Below, in pieces: positions 1-7,840 of a stretch of 28,626 nt of DNA. Location of the stretch: positions 1 through 28,626 of IMG/VR virus record IMGVR_UViG_3300027782_000285, one strand, 5' to 3'. A program made the translations under genes and the position numbers. A model generated the notes under the pieces. The model did no database searches. It was not told the origin of the DNA and saw only the letters and a program-made list of their open reading frames with translations. This stretch comes from a virus. Lineage: Duplodnaviria; Caudoviricetes. Each line of letters starts with the position of its first letter. Position 1 is the first letter of the stretch.

Positions 1-266
1 AATTTCAAACGGCAACCAAAACTTAGCCTTAGCAGCCTGATCTTTTAGATCCGCTGCTTGACAAGATACTGATCCATATAAGGTATTTTGTAATCGAATA
101 TGGTATAACATTAGAAAATGAGTTGATATCTAATGTAGAATTCCTCAACTCAAAACTGCGTGGGTTAGCCACTTATTAAAACGCGGTGTAGTACAACAAG
201 TGGCTATATACATAAACACTTAATAGAAAGCAATCTCGGACGGCGGTTCGATTCCGCCTACGTCCA
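1..266 (+). ncRNA. ssrA: tmRNA, 5' end outside the window
   Basis: Tag frame 11-40 reads GNQNLALAA-stop (canonical ...ALAA end). The tRNA-like 3' end has T-arm GGCGG-TTCGATT-CCGCC (242-258), acceptor 3' strand TACGTCC and discriminator A (259-266). CCA is not fully encoded (CTT follows). Confidence 0.92.
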
Positions 267-302
267 CTTAAAGGTTCATGTTAATAATTTGATGAGATAC
301 AT

Positions 303-575
303 ATGTTCAAATTCATTCAACATTGGATCAACACCTTGATGTTATTAATATCAACATCATCACGTAGGGAAGTTGTTGTGGGAAAGTATAATCTTTTAAT
401 GGACGAACTTGATCAAGCACGTACACTATCAGAATTAGTACGTATTAAAAAACATATACTTGTATTTGATACATCTGTTAAAAGAATGGGTTCGCCGGAG
501 TGGGCATCTAATTACACACGGTATTTAGATGCTCGGTGGGATCGCCGATATAGACTATGGAAATCACGGGACTAA
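303..575 (+). CDS. Hypothetical protein (90 aa)
   Basis: ATG-TAA ORF that fills the gap between the tmRNA and the next gene, same orientation as the operon; no recognisable motif. Confidence 0.65.
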   Translation: MFKFIQHWINTLMLLISTSSRREVVVGKYNLLMDELDQARTLSELVRIKKHILVFDTSVKRMGSPEWASNYTRYLDARWDRRYRLWKSRD

Positions 576-579
576 AATC

Positions 580-984
580 ATGTTAAAACGTCGAATTAAA
601 AAAGCATCGCGAACCGAAGTACTAAAGATTTCAGGTCGCCAGTACCTTGTATGTAAGGAATGTAATGACGAAGAAGTCTTGGTAAGTACTGACATTGGCA
701 CCGTCACCTGCGGTCGTTGTGTCCAGCGAATGAGTGCGCCGCCGGAAAACAGACAGTCTGCGGCGAAATCGGATAAACCACGGGGTTGGCATTTCAAGAT
801 GTATTTTGAACAGAATGGTGTGGTATATTCCAAGGGTGAGATTGTCACAGACAAGAAAGAAATTGTCAAACTCAAAAAAGCAAGCACAGAAACTCCAGTA
901 CTTAAAGTAAAGAAGTCTACTGCAAAGGTAGTAAAAAAGACAGCTGTTAAACGGAATGGTAAAAATGCTCGTACTACCAAATAA
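580..984 (+). CDS. Zn-ribbon protein with Lys-rich C-terminal tail
   Basis: CKEC...CGRC pair; C-terminus KVKKSTAKVVKKTAVKR. ATG at 580, just after the upstream stop, is preferred to 529. Confidence 0.75.
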   Translation: MLKRRIKKASRTEVLKISGRQYLVCKECNDEEVLVSTDIGTVTCGRCVQRMSAPPENRQSAAKSDKPRGWHFKMYFEQNGVVYSKGEIVTDKKEIVKLKKASTETPVLKVKKSTAKVVKKTAVKRNGKNARTTK

Positions 985-1282
985 AAGTTCCGTTATCTGG
1001 GATAGATTTCTCAAAGAGAATCAAGTACTTGTATACAAATATATTGTACGTGAAATTAAAAGAAATCTCACTACAGATAACGATATCATTGAATTATTTA
1101 AGTTCGAAGATGATTCCATGCATGCGTGGATTCCGAGAAATAAGATGCTAAAGACACTTCAGAAAGCCATGAAAGTGTTTATTGCCACAGAAGAATATGA
1201 GTACGCCGGAAAAACCAATAACATCATCAAGTCCTATCATATTAATAAATTAATTAAGGACTCTACTAAATTAGAGGAGTAA
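965..1282 (+). CDS. Hypothetical protein with UvrB/UvrC (UVR)-like C-terminal motif
   Basis: LQKAMKVFIATEEYEYAGKTNNII resembles the UVR coiled-coil consensus (A...EeYEeAa..rD.I). Start could be 956 or 965. Confidence 0.6.
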   Translation: MLVLPNKSSVIWDRFLKENQVLVYKYIVREIKRNLTTDNDIIELFKFEDDSMHAWIPRNKMLKTLQKAMKVFIATEEYEYAGKTNNIIKSYHINKLIKDSTKLEE

Positions 1283-1286
1283 CTGT

Positions 1287-1808
1287 ATGGGGTTTGAGAC
1301 AACACGCTGCGTTGTTCTAAATTCTACGTATGAGCCAATAGACATCGTTACTGCACAACGGGCAATGATACTAATCTTACAGGGAAAGGCGATTGTTGTT
1401 GAAGAACATCCACATTTACTCGTGCGTTCTCCAAAAATAACATTTAAATTACCCGTAATGGTGGCACTTAAGATGTTTGTTCGCGGAAGAAAGATTTATA
1501 AGACGCCGGCACCGCTTAGTCAACGTAATTTATTCCTGCGTGACAATTATACATGTCAATATTGTAATCGTGCGAAGAAAGACTTTAACAGTTACGAGTT
1601 TTTGACGCGAGATCACATAATTCCAGAATGCCGAGGGGGCAAAAGTTCATGGACTAATTTAGTAACGGCATGTTCAACATGTAATAACAAGAAAGCATAT
1701 CATGATTTGATAGATACGGCATTGGTATTACAAAAAACTCCAACGATTCCTACTTTGTTTGAATTGTGGATGAAACGAAATCAAAATAAAATTCAATATT
1801 TAATTTAA
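1287..1808 (+). CDS. HNH endonuclease (McrA/HNH_5-like)
   Basis: VLNSTYEPI N-terminus; RDNYTCQYC...TRDHIIPECRGGKSSWTNLVTACSTCNNKK; GAGGAG SD upstream. Confidence 0.92.
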   Translation: MGFETTRCVVLNSTYEPIDIVTAQRAMILILQGKAIVVEEHPHLLVRSPKITFKLPVMVALKMFVRGRKIYKTPAPLSQRNLFLRDNYTCQYCNRAKKDFNSYEFLTRDHIIPECRGGKSSWTNLVTACSTCNNKKAYHDLIDTALVLQKTPTIPTLFELWMKRNQNKIQYLI

Positions 1809-1826
1809 CACTCAAAAAAGGTTATT

Positions 1827-2462
1827 ATGTTTACAATTACTAACACCGAAGAAAAGATTGAACAAGATTATACTAAGTTTATGGAATACATTGCTGCAGA
1901 TCCTCGCGCGGAAAAGCTCAAGGAAATGTATATTCCACTACAAGAGCAGTTAACCCTTGCGCCAGCATCGGGTAAGGTTTATTTTCACAATGCATTTCCA
2001 GGTGGATATCTAGATCATATTCTCCGCGTCACAGAAACTGCATTGAAGATTGCGGCCTTATATAAGAATATGGAAGGGGATATTAACTTTACGAAGCAAG
2101 AATTAATTTTTGCTGCTCTTCACCACGATCTCGGTAAATTAGGACATCCAGACGAGGGCCCTTATTATGTAGAACAAGATTCCGATTGGCATCGTAAGCG
2201 TGGTGAACTGTACAAGCAGAACGAAAATCTACAGTATTTTAAGGCACCTGAACGTGGATTGTTTCTGTTGCAGAAATATGGAGTCGAAATCACACAGAAT
2301 GAATGGCTCGCTATCAAATTGTCGGATGGCATTTACGATGAAGGTAATAAGTCGTATATGATTAATTACGCCCCATATGCGATGAAAACTAATCTCCCAT
2401 ATATTATTCACTGGGCAGATCACATCTCCAGTCGCGTCGAAAATGACAAAGGTAGATTTTAA
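1827..2462 (+). CDS. HD-domain phosphohydrolase (YhaM-like HD domain)
   Basis: APAS...HNAFPGGYLDH, ALHHDLGK and IIHWADH motifs. Confidence 0.88.
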   Translation: MFTITNTEEKIEQDYTKFMEYIAADPRAEKLKEMYIPLQEQLTLAPASGKVYFHNAFPGGYLDHILRVTETALKIAALYKNMEGDINFTKQELIFAALHHDLGKLGHPDEGPYYVEQDSDWHRKRGELYKQNENLQYFKAPERGLFLLQKYGVEITQNEWLAIKLSDGIYDEGNKSYMINYAPYAMKTNLPYIIHWADHISSRVENDKGRF

Positions 2463-2468
2463 TAATTT

Positions 2469-2509
2469 AAACGGACAACGTATAACAAAACGTTATATTT
2501 TGTCCGTTT
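2469..2509. terminator. Inverted repeat, possible terminator after the HD gene
   Basis: AAACGGACAA (2469-2478) pairs with TTGTCCGTTT (2500-2509), with inner TATAAC/GTTATA; a T-rich tract follows. Confidence 0.5.
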
Positions 2510-2598
2510 GTTTATATTTATTTTTGTAGGGATGTCTACGGAGTTCCTACGCACCATTATCCAATCGTGGAAATGGACACACAATATGGAGAAGTATT

Positions 2599-3123
2599 AT
2601 GACAAGAAAATGGACTATGCAGGCCGTACCAGCTACTGTAATTGCCAAGGAAATGGAGTTCAACCGAGAAAATTTGTTAACCTCGTTTGACAAGTTATTT
2701 GATGACGCATTTCGTGGAACATATCCAGATGTATACAAATCATTTGGAATTGACCCATTTAGTAAAACATCATATCCCAAGGTAAATGTGGTATCGTTTG
2801 AAAATAAAATTGAAATTGAAGCAGAAATTGCAGGATATACAAAAGATAATATTTCAGTACAGATCGAAGATAATGTGTTAAGTATTGTAGGAAAGGCTGC
2901 GGCCGCCGAAACAGACGATTCGTTAACGCATAAAGGTATACCAACCAAAGTATATATTCTTCGGGAACTGAAACGCAGTTCGTTTAGTCGATCATTTACA
3001 TTGAATGATCAGTTGGACGCAGAAAAAATTGATGCTACTTTTAAAGATGGGTTACTCAAACTGGTTATTCCACGAAAGGTACAAGTCTCACAAAGTAAAG
3101 TTAATACGGTTACAATTAAATAA
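2599..3123 (+). CDS. Small heat shock protein, Hsp20/alpha-crystallin family
   Basis: YPKVNV, EIAGYTKDNISVQIEDNVLSIVG, SFSRSFTL, IDATFKDGLLKLVIP; GGAG SD upstream. Confidence 0.95.
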   Translation: MTRKWTMQAVPATVIAKEMEFNRENLLTSFDKLFDDAFRGTYPDVYKSFGIDPFSKTSYPKVNVVSFENKIEIEAEIAGYTKDNISVQIEDNVLSIVGKAAAAETDDSLTHKGIPTKVYILRELKRSSFSRSFTLNDQLDAEKIDATFKDGLLKLVIPRKVQVSQSKVNTVTIK

Positions 3124-3148
3124 AACCATTTAAATATGGAGGTTTAGT

Positions 3149-3214
3149 ATGTGTGGATGTTCATTGTGCAGCTGTAATTGTATTATTAATCCCACTAACG
3201 TAGCTATCATCTAG
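3149..3214 (+). CDS. Putative 21-aa Cys-rich peptide MCGCSLCSCNCIINPTNVAII (not in ORF track)
   Basis: GGAGG at 3138-3142, ATG at 3149, TAG at 3212-3214; 5 Cys in the first 11 residues. Confidence 0.45.
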   Translation: MCGCSLCSCNCIINPTNVAII

Positions 3215-3265
3215 GAGGTGATCTAACAGTTACGTTACATCTAAAACTCTCTCATTTGGAGACAA

Positions 3266-3305
3266 AAAACGTGGTTGAGGTTATTTTATACCTCAATCAC
3301 GTTTT
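3266..3305. terminator. Rho-independent terminator, probably bidirectional
   Basis: AAAACGTGGTTGAGGT-loop-ACCTCAATCACGTTTT, a 16-bp stem with one G-U pair and A/T tracts on both sides. Confidence 0.75.
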
Positions 3306-3317
3306 CTCAAATATACT

Positions 3318-4256
3318 ATGAACACACGATCCTCATTAATAGCAGTTACATCATTGACCGCAACCTTTGTAGCACTGTGCGCAGCCGTATTTTCTATAAC
3401 TGGCATTGCGCATCTATTTGCTGGCGCAGCATTGAGTGTGGCAATTATGGCATCGGCATTAGAACTCGGTAAATTGGTGAGTATTTCTTTCTTATATCAA
3501 TACTGGAAAGAACTTCCTAAACTATTGAAGTATTATTTGTCTATTGCCGCAGTTATATTAATGATTATTACCTCGGCTGGTATCTATGGATATTTAACTG
3601 CCGCATACGCAAAGGTGTCCGCAGATCCATTGCGAAAAACTGCCGATATTCAAACAGCAAATACAAGAGTTGTCACCATTGAACAAGATATTACTCGAAA
3701 AAATGATCGACTAAATCAGTTAATTGGATTGCGTGCGCAACAAGAAAATCGCTTGGATGGGTTAATTACTAAAAGTCAATCGGGTAACACCTCTACGATT
3801 CGTAATGCACAGTCCACATTAACTGCGGCAGATAAAAGTGTAAAGGACTTACAGAATGAAATCACCGTACTTTCAAGTGTTAGAGATAGTTTAAATACCA
3901 TTAAAATTACCAAACAGGTAGAAATTGAAACAAATGGGGATATTGGTACATTTTTATATATTGCTAAGGCATTTAATGTCCCATTGGACACCGTAGTAAA
4001 ATGGTTCACATTAATAATTGTATTAGTATTCGATCCATTGGCGGTAGCATTGGTTATCGCAGTTAATTTCTTATTAAAAAATCAACCAGCGGTGGAAGTA
4101 ACGTATACTACAGAAGTACTGCTAGAACCGACTGTACCAGAGTCCACGGACGAACCCTTCGAAGTATATGTAGAGTCGTCCACAGAGGTTCCTACGAACA
4201 CTGTGGAGGTTCTTAAGGAACCGGCGTGGCAACACGGTAAGCATTTTGGATACTAA
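3318..4256 (+). CDS. Multi-pass membrane protein with a long coiled coil
   Basis: Three N-terminal hydrophobic helices, a central heptad-rich region, a further TM segment (WFTLIIVLVFDPLAVALVIAV) and an acidic tail. Confidence 0.8.
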   Translation: MNTRSSLIAVTSLTATFVALCAAVFSITGIAHLFAGAALSVAIMASALELGKLVSISFLYQYWKELPKLLKYYLSIAAVILMIITSAGIYGYLTAAYAKVSADPLRKTADIQTANTRVVTIEQDITRKNDRLNQLIGLRAQQENRLDGLITKSQSGNTSTIRNAQSTLTAADKSVKDLQNEITVLSSVRDSLNTIKITKQVEIETNGDIGTFLYIAKAFNVPLDTVVKWFTLIIVLVFDPLAVALVIAVNFLLKNQPAVEVTYTTEVLLEPTVPESTDEPFEVYVESSTEVPTNTVEVLKEPAWQHGKHFGY

Positions 4257-4262
4257 CATCCC

Positions 4263-4291
4263 TTGACATTACTCAATGAATGTGTTATGTT
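4263..4291 (+). promoter_or_regulatory. Sigma70-type promoter upstream of uvsE
   Basis: TTGACA (4263-4268), 17-nt spacer, TATGTT (4286-4291) with an extended -10 TG at 4283-4284. Confidence 0.75.
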
Positions 4292-4317
4292 TAGGTATTC
4301 ATATCAAGTGAGGTTAC

Positions 4318-5217
4318 ATGCCACATACTGTGGGTTATTGTTGTATTAATACTGTATTAAATAAACAAAAAATTACCACCGGCCGCGGCATGATTCAACG
4401 TACCTTTAAAGCACGTGGGCTTGGGTACGCATCTGAGTTGGCGTTAGCAAATGCACTTGATTTGATTAAGATTATTGAATGGAATCATGTCAACAACGTC
4501 AAAGTGTTTCGTATGGGGTCTGGTATTTTTCCTTGGGCGTCTGCATATAATGTATCTGACCTTCCGGATTATGACAAGATTGTAGATACTTTGAGTACTG
4601 CTGGTAAGTTAGCAAACAGTTTTGGACAACGTATTACTGCTCATCCCGATCACTTTGTAAAACTTGGTTCAATTAAGCCTGCTGTTGTTGAGAATTCGAT
4701 CAAAGATCTTGAAATTCATTCTGCCGTATTTGATCTTATGGGTCTTACGGCAACTCCGTATAATGCGATAAACATTCACGTTGGAATGAATTTTTCCGAA
4801 GAAGTGGCGTCTCGTTGGATTGCCGCATATAATCGGCTGTCCCCGAATTGTAAAGCACGGTTGGTGGTAGAAAATGACGATAAAGCATCATCGTTTTCTG
4901 TCATACAATTGTTTACCTATCTGTACACAGTACTCAATATTCCCATCACGTTTGACTACTTTCATCACCAGTTTCATCCCGATGGACTATCTACACAAGA
5001 TGCCGCAGAACTAGCAGCAGGCACATGGCCAGAAAATATAGTTCCATTGTTTCACTACAGTGAATCCAAAAATCTCAATGAGAATGTCACGGGTAATCCT
5101 CGTGCGCACGCAGATTATGTATTCAATAAAATTGACGACTTTGGTATGACTCTCGACATTGATCTTGAAGCCAAGGCCAAAGAACTTGCCTTATTTAAAT
5201 ATTGGAGTTTAACATGA
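4318..5217 (+). CDS. uvsE: UV DNA damage repair endonuclease (UvsE/UVDE)
   Basis: GYCCIN, FRMGSGIFPW, RITAHPDHF, INIHVG, LVVENDD, FDYFHH, HYSES, AHAD and DLEAKAKE motifs. Confidence 0.95.
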   Translation: MPHTVGYCCINTVLNKQKITTGRGMIQRTFKARGLGYASELALANALDLIKIIEWNHVNNVKVFRMGSGIFPWASAYNVSDLPDYDKIVDTLSTAGKLANSFGQRITAHPDHFVKLGSIKPAVVENSIKDLEIHSAVFDLMGLTATPYNAINIHVGMNFSEEVASRWIAAYNRLSPNCKARLVVENDDKASSFSVIQLFTYLYTVLNIPITFDYFHHQFHPDGLSTQDAAELAAGTWPENIVPLFHYSESKNLNENVTGNPRAHADYVFNKIDDFGMTLDIDLEAKAKELALFKYWSLT

Positions 5218-5834
5218 TTAGTTTCGCAATTACAACACACAATGAAGGTGATTACATTCAAACATTATTAAATCAACTTATTCCATTTTGTAATGAAACG
5301 GGTGATGAGATTGTTGTTGTTGATGACTATTCTACCGATGAATTTACCTGTTCACTATTGAATGCATATGCAAGCAGTGGGGATATCAAACTAGTTCAAC
5401 ATAGTTTAAATGGTGATTTTTCCAGTCACAAAAATTTCCTAATTGAACAATGTACTGGGGAATATATTTTTCAAATTGATGCTGACGAAACATTACATGC
5501 AAATTTACTACACCATGTACATGATATTGTCGGACACAACCCAGACATTGATTTATTCTTTGTTCCTCGCGTGAATGTAGTAACGGGATTAACCGACGAC
5601 GATATTCAACGGTGGGGGTGGCAGGTAAATGAATATGGGTGGATAATGTTCCCAGATTATCAAACGCGGCTGTTTAGGAACACCGCTGACATTCGCTGGC
5701 AAAATAAAGTTCACGAACGAATTGTAGGATTTAAAACATCTGCACCATTCCCAGAAGAAGAAGAATGGTCTTTGTATCATATTAAAGACATTGAACGTCA
5801 GCGTGCACAAAATAATTTTTATACCACGTTGTAA
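5214..5834 (+). CDS. Glycosyltransferase family 2
   Basis: ISFAITTHNE, EIVVVDDYSTD, IFQIDADE (DxD) and VHE motifs; ATGA overlap with the uvsE stop. Confidence 0.9.
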   Translation: MISFAITTHNEGDYIQTLLNQLIPFCNETGDEIVVVDDYSTDEFTCSLLNAYASSGDIKLVQHSLNGDFSSHKNFLIEQCTGEYIFQIDADETLHANLLHHVHDIVGHNPDIDLFFVPRVNVVTGLTDDDIQRWGWQVNEYGWIMFPDYQTRLFRNTADIRWQNKVHERIVGFKTSAPFPEEEEWSLYHIKDIERQRAQNNFYTTL

Positions 5835-5850
5835 TCACGGAGAAAATATT

Positions 5851-6384
5851 ATGCAAAAATATATCACATTTATTATAATTTTACTTGCTGCAGTATATTG
5901 TGTAAGTGAAATTCCAACATTTACAATGGTAAAGCTTCCAAAGTCAAAACCAACTCCTGTAGAACAATTTATGGGGAAGGTGTCAGACATTGAAAGTCAA
6001 GGAAATTATAAAGTCGTCAACCGATATGGGATGATGGGTAAATACCAATTTAGTCCAAGTACCGTTCGTGCACTGGGTTTTAGAGTATCCAATCAGCAAT
6101 TTCTAAAAAGTCCCGATCTTCAAGATAGTGTTATGTTTGCCTATATGAAAGCAAATTATCGGGAATTGAAACACCTAATTGACCGATACGATGGAAAAAC
6201 AAAACACGGTATCAAGATTACCCGAGCAGGAATTCTTGCCGGCGCACATTTTGCAGGGAGTAAAGGTGTTGTTACCTACTTGACTTCTGATGATGAATAT
6301 GGTATAATTGATGGTAACGGCACATCAATACAAAAATACATGTCCTCGTTTAGCAATTTTAAATTGCCACCACTATCATTATAG
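5851..6384 (+). CDS. Lysozyme-like/lytic transglycosylase with N-terminal hydrophobic anchor
   Basis: N-terminal FIIILLAAVYCV; catalytic-type IESQGNY..VN...MGKYQF; AHFAG; GGAG SD before ATG 5851. Confidence 0.75.
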   Translation: MQKYITFIIILLAAVYCVSEIPTFTMVKLPKSKPTPVEQFMGKVSDIESQGNYKVVNRYGMMGKYQFSPSTVRALGFRVSNQQFLKSPDLQDSVMFAYMKANYRELKHLIDRYDGKTKHGIKITRAGILAGAHFAGSKGVVTYLTSDDEYGIIDGNGTSIQKYMSSFSNFKLPPLSL

Positions 6385-6392
6385 GAAACATC

Positions 6393-6662
6393 ATGACAAT
6401 ACTAGTAGTATCTCTATTACTTGCAATATGCACAGCAATGGGATATGTAATTTTTAATTTATCAAACAAAATTACATTATATGAGCAAACTATACAAGGT
6501 TTTTATGAAGACGCAAGTATAATACTGCACACCATGCGCGCATTAGACGAAAAACAAATGTTCGAAACCGACGACGAAGTGGGCACATTATTTCAGCAAT
6601 TGACTGATATAATTGGTACGCTTCGTCCACTTTTATATGGAAACACTAATGACGAAAACTAA
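6393..6662 (+). CDS. Small single-TM membrane protein
   Basis: Hydrophobic N-terminal ~22 aa followed by a helical acidic domain. Confidence 0.7.
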   Translation: MTILVVSLLLAICTAMGYVIFNLSNKITLYEQTIQGFYEDASIILHTMRALDEKQMFETDDEVGTLFQQLTDIIGTLRPLLYGNTNDEN

Positions 6663-7419
6663 GAAAACTGATTTAGAAGTACGCCGGGCAAAATTGGGAA
6701 AGATGTATTTTACCACCGATACGGAAAAAGCAATTGTTGAATATAATAAATCAACAGATCAAGATGAACGAAATACCATATTTAGAGAACGAATACATGC
6801 CCCAATTGATAAATTAGCAGAAAATATTATTAATCGGTTTAAATTTCCGTATATGAACGCCAACTTTGAAGATGTTAAAAATCAAGTGGTGTCTTTTTTA
6901 GTATTAAACCTCCACAAATTTACGGAAGATAAAGGAAAGGCATTCTCGTATTTCTCTGTAGTAGCAAAGAACTACTTGGTATTACATAATAACAATTCGT
7001 ACCGTGATGAATTACGGTCATCGTACTTGGTAGATTCATCCAACGACGAATCATTTATGTTGGAAGAAGTCTTGACGACAAAACCTGACGCAGAAACATC
7101 GAGGCGGGACACCAGTGATTTTGTGGAACTCTTAGTTCAGTACTGGGATTTTAATTTAGATCGCATTTTCAAGAAACACCGAGATAGAGAAATTGCTAAC
7201 GCCGTCGTGGAACTATTAAAACGGGCAAACTCCATAGAAAACTTCAATAAGAAGGCTCTATATGTACTCATTCGTGAAATGACCAATAACAAAACGGTTC
7301 ATATTACCAAGGTCATTAATAAAATGAAGATACATGTATTAAAGCAAATGAAAGAGTACAAGAAATCTGGATATTTAGTTGATCCCTCCATGCTTTTCGT
7401 TTATAACTCGGAAAAGTAA
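6649..7419 (+). CDS. Phage RNA polymerase sigma factor-like protein (T4 gp55-like)
   Basis: KLAENIINRFKF...EDVKNQVVSFLVLNLHKFTEDKGKAFSYFSVVAKNY resembles sigma region 2; it lies immediately before the structural operon. ATG 6649 is preferred. Confidence 0.7.
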   Translation: MTKTKKTDLEVRRAKLGKMYFTTDTEKAIVEYNKSTDQDERNTIFRERIHAPIDKLAENIINRFKFPYMNANFEDVKNQVVSFLVLNLHKFTEDKGKAFSYFSVVAKNYLVLHNNNSYRDELRSSYLVDSSNDESFMLEEVLTTKPDAETSRRDTSDFVELLVQYWDFNLDRIFKKHRDREIANAVVELLKRANSIENFNKKALYVLIREMTNNKTVHITKVINKMKIHVLKQMKEYKKSGYLVDPSMLFVYNSEK

Positions 7420-7455
7420 CTATTTATCTAGTAGACCTTTTTCATAGACGACATT

Positions 7456-7839
7456 ATGGCATTTGACGAAGTTATTTTTGAAGGAAAAACATTATCAGAT
7501 ATGTTCTCTGATGTATATAAAAATACAAATACGAAACGCGAGCAGATCAATAGCTTCGTGGCAAGTTTTGTAAAAATGATCCGCACCCCAGAGGATGCTG
7601 CGGTGATGGGACCAGTTATAAAAGATTTTTTGGAAGTAAATGTAAAAAATGATGAGCACATTGTACGATTGGTACAGATTGCGCAACGGTTGGTCGGTGT
7701 TTCTTCTAAGAACGCCGACACTGGTTTACTTACAGAAGAAGAAAAATCTCAATTACTCAAGAATATTAAATCTGACTTTGAATCGGTGCTTGCTGAACAA
7801 GATGACTTGGATATTACACTGTCTGGAATGAAGAAGTAA
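7456..7839 (+). CDS. Hypothetical helical protein (127 aa)
   Basis: Clean ORF after an intergenic TATTTAT motif and abutting the gp5-like gene. Confidence 0.75.
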   Translation: MAFDEVIFEGKTLSDMFSDVYKNTNTKREQINSFVASFVKMIRTPEDAAVMGPVIKDFLEVNVKNDEHIVRLVQIAQRLVGVSSKNADTGLLTEEEKSQLLKNIKSDFESVLAEQDDLDITLSGMKK

Positions 7840-7840
7840 T

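Noticed and set aside
242-266. Stand-alone tRNA gene
   Set aside because: No D-arm or anticodon arm upstream; the tag reading frame identifies it as the tmRNA 3' end.
2508-2690. 60-aa ORF overlapping the hsp20 start
   Set aside because: TTG start without SD, spanning a hairpin-rich leader and overlapping hsp20 out of frame.
4110-4235. Short imperfect repeats (GTCCAC, GAGGTTC) as CRISPR or regulatory array
   Set aside because: Too short and irregular; explained by the low-complexity acidic tail of the membrane protein. No CRISPR array or cas gene was seen in the window.
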